Shown piece after piece: positions 57,624 to 64,000 of a stretch of DNA of 64,000 nucleotides. Below the pieces are notes generated by a model. That model was not told the DNA's origin. It worked only from the letters and a program-made list of their open reading frames with translations, and did not search any database. A program made the position numbers and the translations under genes. The stretch comes from Eledone cirrhosa. Taxonomy: Eukaryota. The stretch covers positions 72,912,001 to 72,976,000 of the forward strand of contig OZ024743.1 of the NCBI GenBank assembly GCA_964016885.1, given 5' to 3'. The stretch's first letter is position 1. Each line of letters starts with the position of its first letter.

Positions 57624-58777
57624 TAAGGACGGGAACTTTCAACAAGCTATATGGATAAACTCCGGTTAAGGCCTCCCACAACGCCTCCCCCCCCCCCCTG
57701 TAGGTCCCCTACACCCCGTACCAATGACCAAGGACAACAACAACCACCCATAGTTTGTGGTCCCTATGGTGGATGGTTACACCGGATCCTCTACTGGTTA
57801 GGAGTCATCAAAACCACGTTTTATTTAACCTAATTTTATATATATATATATTATGTGTATATGTGTATATATTTTATATGTGTATATATGTGTATTTTAT
57901 ATATATATGTGTATATATATATATTATATATATATATATATATAAGTATATGTGTATTTTATATATATATATATATGTATGTATATTTAATATGTGTGTG
58001 TATTTTATATGTATGTATATTTTATATATATATATATATTTTATATATATATATATTTTATATATATATATGTGTATTATATATATATATATAAAATATA
58101 TATATATATAAAATATATATATATATATATAAAATATACTTGTGCGTATATATATATATACACACACTTGTATGGATTTGTGTGTATAGATGTGTGTGTG
58201 TCTGATGGGGTAGGTGTGAGTGTATGTACAAGTCAACTAACATAAGCCTTTTATTTCTAAATTTTCTAAATTATCTAATTATTTGACTCAAACCATTATT
58301 TTAAGTATTACCACCCCACATTAATTCCTCAATTTGTATGTGTGGATGTGTGTGTCTGTGGAGGTAGGTGTGAGTGTACGTGCAAGCCAACCTACATAAG
58401 TCTTTTTATTTGTAAATTTTCTACTCTAACCATAATTTTCAGTAGCACCACTCCACATAAATTCCTCAATTTAAGAATGACCTGTAGTATCTATTTCATA
58501 CTATTAACCTTAATTGAATATATATCTGACCAGAAATGCTTTTTTGAAAATCAGTCATATGGAACTATTGTCATTTTGCCTGACGGTTTGAAGTTTACAA
58601 CACCACCTGCCTCTTTGAGGTCAAATACCAACCCTACTATCATCTACAAACTGACCAATTAGAATTAAGACTATTCCTGCTGACAACATTAAATTATTCC
58701 TAACAAGTTCATATGTCCCAAGGCTCTGATACCATCAACACTATAAACACAGAGCTGGCATATCTAAGAACTGACTA

Positions 58778-58833
58778 ACTGCCTGATGAGGTCATAGCCA
58801 TTCACTGGCTATCATCAATATATATATAGCAGT
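58778..58833 (+). ncRNA. Degenerate hammerhead motif
   Basis: ACUGC-CUGAUGA-GGUCAUAGCCA-UUCAC-UGGCUAUCAUC-AA-(UA)n/GCAGU, with GAAA eroded; AATAAA follows. Confidence 0.5.
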
Positions 58834-58874
58834 AAATAAAGGATTATGAGTTCATGCAATTTACTTATGTTTCG

Positions 58875-58935
<61 letters not shown>

Positions 58936-58999
58936 ATATATATATGAAAGACGTAAAATAAGAAAATTATAAAAATTAACTTTATAATTATAAAATTTC

Positions 59000-59081
59000 A
59001 CTCCAACTAATTAGTTTCTGAAAGGGAATAAACATGGTTTCTGAATGGAACGCATGGAGAAACTTTTCGTCATCAGGAAGT
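59000..59081 (-). ncRNA. Type I hammerhead in element 58945-59455 (same family as 258-955)
   Basis: ACUUC-CUGAUGA-C-GAAA...UUUC-A-GAAA-CUAAUUAG-UU/GGAGU. Confidence 0.85.
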
Positions 59082-59476
59082 TCGTTCTCAGCTAAGTTAC
59101 CAGGCGAAGCGTGGACATAGGGAACTTATACAAAAATAATTCTGTGGATGGAAAAAAGTAAGCGTGGACTAAATTCCAACATATTGAAAAAATCACTGCC
59201 TACTTGGTCGGTGGCAAATTCAAAAGAATCAATCACGTGTCATCGAGATTAATCAGTGAGGAGTGAGGTGTTAAAAAGACAGTGGCCGAGCCATTACTAT
59301 GAACTATAGTAGCTGTTTTGGCAAATGTTTGCTCAACAAAATAATTTGGAGATAATTATAAAGATATAGTATATCTACCAACATATATATGCAGTTGCAT
59401 ACCTATGCTAGCAAATATATAGGTTTTGTCTTAGTAACTTTGTGGTTCAATGCTATATATATATATATATATATAT

Positions 59477-59683
59477 AAGAACGAGTAGGACCCCGACGGC
59501 TGACCTCAAGCCGTTTCGACGGCTAATTCTTGGGCAAATAGATTTAGTCCAGAATTAGCCGTCGAAACGGCTTGAGCTCAGCCTTCGGGGTCCTACTCGT
59601 TCCTATTACCCACTCTACTACCCTAAGTATTGAGTACTTTGTCTGCGTTATGGTCCCCCTGGTTCCTTACCACATTTCCTTCG

Positions 59684-59685
<2 letters not shown>
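59477..59685 (+). mobile_element. Hairpin family A copy
   Basis: Same arms and tail, in (TA)n. Confidence 0.85.
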
Positions 59686-59780
<95 letters not shown>

Positions 59781-60120
59781 TAAATATATATATATATATG
59801 TAGGGATATTTGCTTTTCTAGAGAATTCCTGGAGCTTTGGGCTAGTGTTTTATATGGCAGCTCAAAATAGTTATCCTAGTTCAACGTGATGGTAGAGAAA
59901 ACACAAGAGTATTTGTTGTTTGAAAGAGAGTTGAGTCTGTGGTAACCTCCCCTGGAGTATTTTCTGAAGCAACCAAATGGCCGATCTCTTTTCCATTTTC
60001 ATATTCTCTGTGAAAGTTGAAAAACAAAATCAATAAAGCTTGGGAGAGGAAATGGTGTATATATTTTATCAAATGATTCTATGTACATACTTTATGATAT
60101 ATATATATATATATATATAT

Positions 60121-63100
60121 ATTTCCCTCACCAACAGATTGGTTTTTGCACTGAACACAAAACCCACTCCTCCTACTGAGTATTTGTTGTGTTCTTCACT
60201 GCCGATGTAGTGATGAGCTGGCTCTTCTTCCCGATCATCACACTCCTCATGGGCTCATCGTGTAGGATCCTGTGTTCTTGGATCGCAAGTATCTGTATAC
60301 CACTCTCCTCGAACAGATGTCCCAACTCCTCTCTCTTCTCCAGCGTCCGAATAGTCCTCACATTCAAAGTGCCCATTCTGATTGTTCTTCTGCAGGACAA
60401 AACTGCATTCTTTATATTTGTCTCAGAGACAGCTGATCCATCATCCACTGGCTCTCTCCGTGGCTCTAAGCCAGCAGAGTCATAATGACCAGGCTGCTCC
60501 TTGACAGTGTAATTAGGGGCTCTAACCCTAGTGTTGTTAGATCGACTCTCCATATTTCTTTTCAATGGCTGACAATACCTTACCGGCGCCACTCGAATAA
60601 GGTAGTTATTTAACCCATAAATGGAGCCCTAACAGGTACTACCACCCCGGGCCAGGCAGACCTGGGAGTCATGATAACTAAGTGGTAACTCCACATTCAC
60701 CACATCTGAACTCCCGAACTGGAGCCTTGCCACTGGATGTAGTTTAATGTCATACCCAGGACATGCCTATCTCCCCGCGAGTGTTGAGGGTGACCTTCAA
60801 TGGAAACCCAAGACTGACAGTCATCTCAGCCTATAGTCCAACCGAGGGGGACAGTGATGGGAGTGCGGAAGAGTTCCATGAAGAGGTGTGTAGAGCTGTC
60901 AACACCACTCAGGCACACAGTATCCTGCTTGTTTTGGGGGACTTCAATGCACATATGAGTAAGGTGGGTAGTGAAGATCCTTGCTGGTACTTCCATAACA
61001 ACACCAACCGAAATGGAAGACTATTGAGAGACACCCTGCTGGAGGCGAACTTAGTGGCGACCAACCTAAGGTTTAGGAAGAATCTGGGGAAGATGTGGAC
61101 CTACATCTCAGATATGCACCTGTCCAAGTCCCAGATTGATTTCATTCTGGTGAGGAAAAAGTGGCGGAATAGTGTTCTGAACACGGAACCATACAGCTAT
61201 TTCAGTACACTGGGTAGTGACCACCGGCTTGTTATGAGTGAGGTCCGAGTGAGCTTAAGAAAGAGCAAGGCTCAGCCCCGGAGAGCAATCTATGACTGGG
61301 GAGCTTTCAAGGAAGATGATAAGCTACAGGAGAGGTTCACAGTGGAAGTGAGAAACAGGTTTAGTGCTCTGTGTGGAGAGTCAGAGGAGAGAGAGATTGG
61401 ATGGACTGAGGAGAGTGTGACGAGCAGGTATGGCACTTCACACATTGCAGTGGCGGAAGCAAGTGAAACCTTGGTACCGAGGAAAAATAACAAAGGGAAG
61501 CACGTCAGCTCTGCAAACCCAAAACTGTGTGCAGCCAGAGAACACCTGAAAGCTACCATGGACCAATTCTATGCTGATCCTACGGAGGAGAGGATGGAGA
61601 CTGTGGAGGTGATGAGGGAAGAGCTCTGTACCGCTTACACTGAGGTCAGAGAGGAGGCACTGATAGAGAAGATCAGAAGTGTGGAGAGAGCAGTTGACAG
61701 ATCTGGATGTAAGGAGAGCTGGATGATCATCAACGAGATCACAGGGAGGAAGGGAAGGTGTTCGAGTCAGATCCAGGGAACGGGGCCCGAGGATAGGAAG
61801 AGGAAATGGCTAGACCATTTTAGGACCCTACTAGGAGAGCCACCCTCCATAGCCCAGAGCACTGGGGAGATCAGGGGGCTGTTTGAGGAACTGGATGTTG
61901 AGACAGAGCCCTTCACCAGAGAGGAGCTTCAGAGAGCGAAGAAGAAGATCAAGGAGGGCAAGGCTCATGGAGTAGAGGGAGTGGCATCAGAGGTGATGAA
62001 GAGGTGTGATTTTGATGATATCATCCTGGGGTTCTGTAACGGGGCACTGGAGAAAGGAGTTGCCCCGAATCAGTGGAGGATCAGTAACATCGTCCCAGTG
62101 CCAAAGAAGGGAGATCTCTCTAACACCAACAACTACCGGGGGATATCACTGACGTCACTTGTGGCAAAGACCCTCAACAGGATGATTCTTAACAGGATCC
62201 AGCCTGAGATGGAGAAGAAGCTCAGGTACAACCAGAACGGCTTCAGAGAGGGTAGATCAACCACCAGACATCCTGATGCTGAGAAGGATATTAGAGGGAG
62301 CTAGAGCAAAGTGCCTTCCTGCGGTCATGGTTTTCATTGACTTTAGGAAGGCCCTTCATTCTGTGGACCGTTACTGCCTGATGAAGATCTTACAGACTTA
62401 TGGAATCCCCAAGAAGATAGTGGACCTGATATCACTGCCTTTCACCAACACCAAAGCCCAAGTCATTACACCTGATGGGATGACAGAGTTCTTTGAGATA
62501 CTGGCTGGAGTGCTCCAGGGAGATACATTGGCTCCCTACCTTTTTATCATCGTAGTGGACTATTGTATGCGCCTTGCACTGGAGAAACACCAGGACTCTG
62601 GCTTTAGTGTATCACCGGCTCAGAGCGGGAGAGTTAGGGCGAAAAAGGTATCGGATGCTGAATTTGCCGACGACATAGTTTTGGTGACAAATACAGTGAA
62701 GGAGGCAGAGGATTTGATGCGGGAGGTTGAGACTGTGTCGATGAGTGTGGGGCTGAGAATGCACGAGACTAAAACAAAATATCTGGTAGAGAATGTTGAG
62801 AAGCCAGAGGGGATCACTAATGTAGGCGGGAAGCCGCTGGAATTGGTTGAGGACTTCCTGTATTTGGGAGCAAAGATTGGGAATACGGAGGATGATCTGG
62901 TTGAGAGGAATAGCAAGGCCTGGGCTGCGTACCACAGCTTGAGATCGGTGTCGAAGTCGGACCTTCGTGGAGACTTGAAAATCCGCCTCTTCATTGCTGT
63001 AGTGGAGTCTGTGCTGCTGTATGGGTCTGAGACTTGGACACTGACCTAGAAACTCACTCAGAAGGTGGATGGGTGCTACACGAGAATGCTGAGGATGGCT

Positions 63101-63419
63101 CTGAACATTAATCAGTATACACTGAGGATGAAAAACTCAGAGCTGTATGGGAGCATCCCAAAAGTCAGCTCAAAAGTGACACAGAGGAGACTGAGGTTAG
63201 CTGGATATGCTCACCGACATCCAGATTTGACATTGCACACAGTGTTCCATTGGGAGCCCCTACATGGACACACTAGAAGAGGAAGACCAAGGTTAACGTA
63301 TGTTGATGCCCTAAGGACAGACACTGGTCTGTTGGAGACGCAGGACATGGCAGCGATTATGAGGGACAGAGACCGCTGGAGAGAACTCGTCCATGGATCT
63401 CGGGAATTGTACCCGCCTT

Positions 63420-63421
<2 letters not shown>
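60121..63421 (+). mobile_element. Near full-length RTE-type LINE (APE + RT) with inverted 5' segment 60121-60762
   Basis: Minus ORF 60173-60592 carries the APE N-terminus (GTLNVRT, AIQEHR). Plus ORFs carry SAYSPT, GDFNA, QIDFI, SDHRLV, NYRGISL, QGDTLAPYLF, FADD and RRGRPRLTY. Frameshift at ~62270 and stop at 63047; flanked by (TA)n. Confidence 0.93.
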
Positions 63422-63506
<85 letters not shown>

Positions 63507-63550
63507 TAAATACATATATACATATATATATATACATATATAAATATATA

Positions 63551-63614
<64 letters not shown>

Positions 63615-63633
63615 TATATATATGTGTATTATG

Positions 63634-63665
<32 letters not shown>

Positions 63666-64000
63666 AGATTATATCTTTATATATATATGTGTGTGTGTAT
63701 ATATATATGTGTGTGTATGTATATGTGTATATGTCGGTCAAATTAGGTTTCTACTTAAGATATATGGTATTGGTTTCAACGTAGACAACTCTGTATGATG
63801 CTCTGCTTAATTTCAATCCATTTGCTATATTCCCTTACTGTCATTGTTCAATGTAACTAAAATGATACAGGATATTTTCGGTTATGTAACTAGTATGATA
63901 AAATGTCTTTAATAATCCCTCTCGTGCTTTGAAAACGAGATGTTAGTTTCTGACTATTTACGGCGGTTTCTCCCCAAACAATGCGTTTGTAGACGTCAGT

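Noticed and set aside
60763-63421. Active autonomous LINE or host gene
   Set aside because: Frameshift, premature stop and inverted 5' end; and it is RTE-type, so not the PLE partner expected for the hammerhead elements.

Overview
Eukaryotic, very AT-rich, repeat-saturated non-genic DNA with a 200-N gap at 26363-26562. The SINE family and microsatellite density suggest an octopod cephalopod (inference). No intact host gene is visible, and most ORF-track entries are (TA)n/(CA)n/(GA)n/(TCT)n artefacts. Recognisable content: decayed Tx1/L1-clade LINEs stacked at (GATA)n tracts (34.1-43.2 kb, 10.8-12.2 kb); a near full-length RTE-type LINE with a clean 5' inversion (60.1-63.4 kb); R4/Dong-like and CRE-like LINE fragments; mariner relics; non-autonomous Helitrons; at least 8 SINE copies; and a relic intron-containing SGNH-esterase gene next to a foldback element (14-16.8 kb). 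The main signal is a dense set of unrelated, short, non-coding fold-back elements sitting in (TA)n tracts. Many carry a hand-foldable minimal type I hammerhead ribozyme (CUGANGA...GAAA...NUH, often with a palindromic stem III). Several have a ~440-620 nt direct-repeat unit plus an inverted 5' arm. This is Penelope-like (pLTR) / retrozyme-like architecture, and one family shows a compensatory base change between two copies. All folds and alignments were done by eye, so boundaries are approximate.
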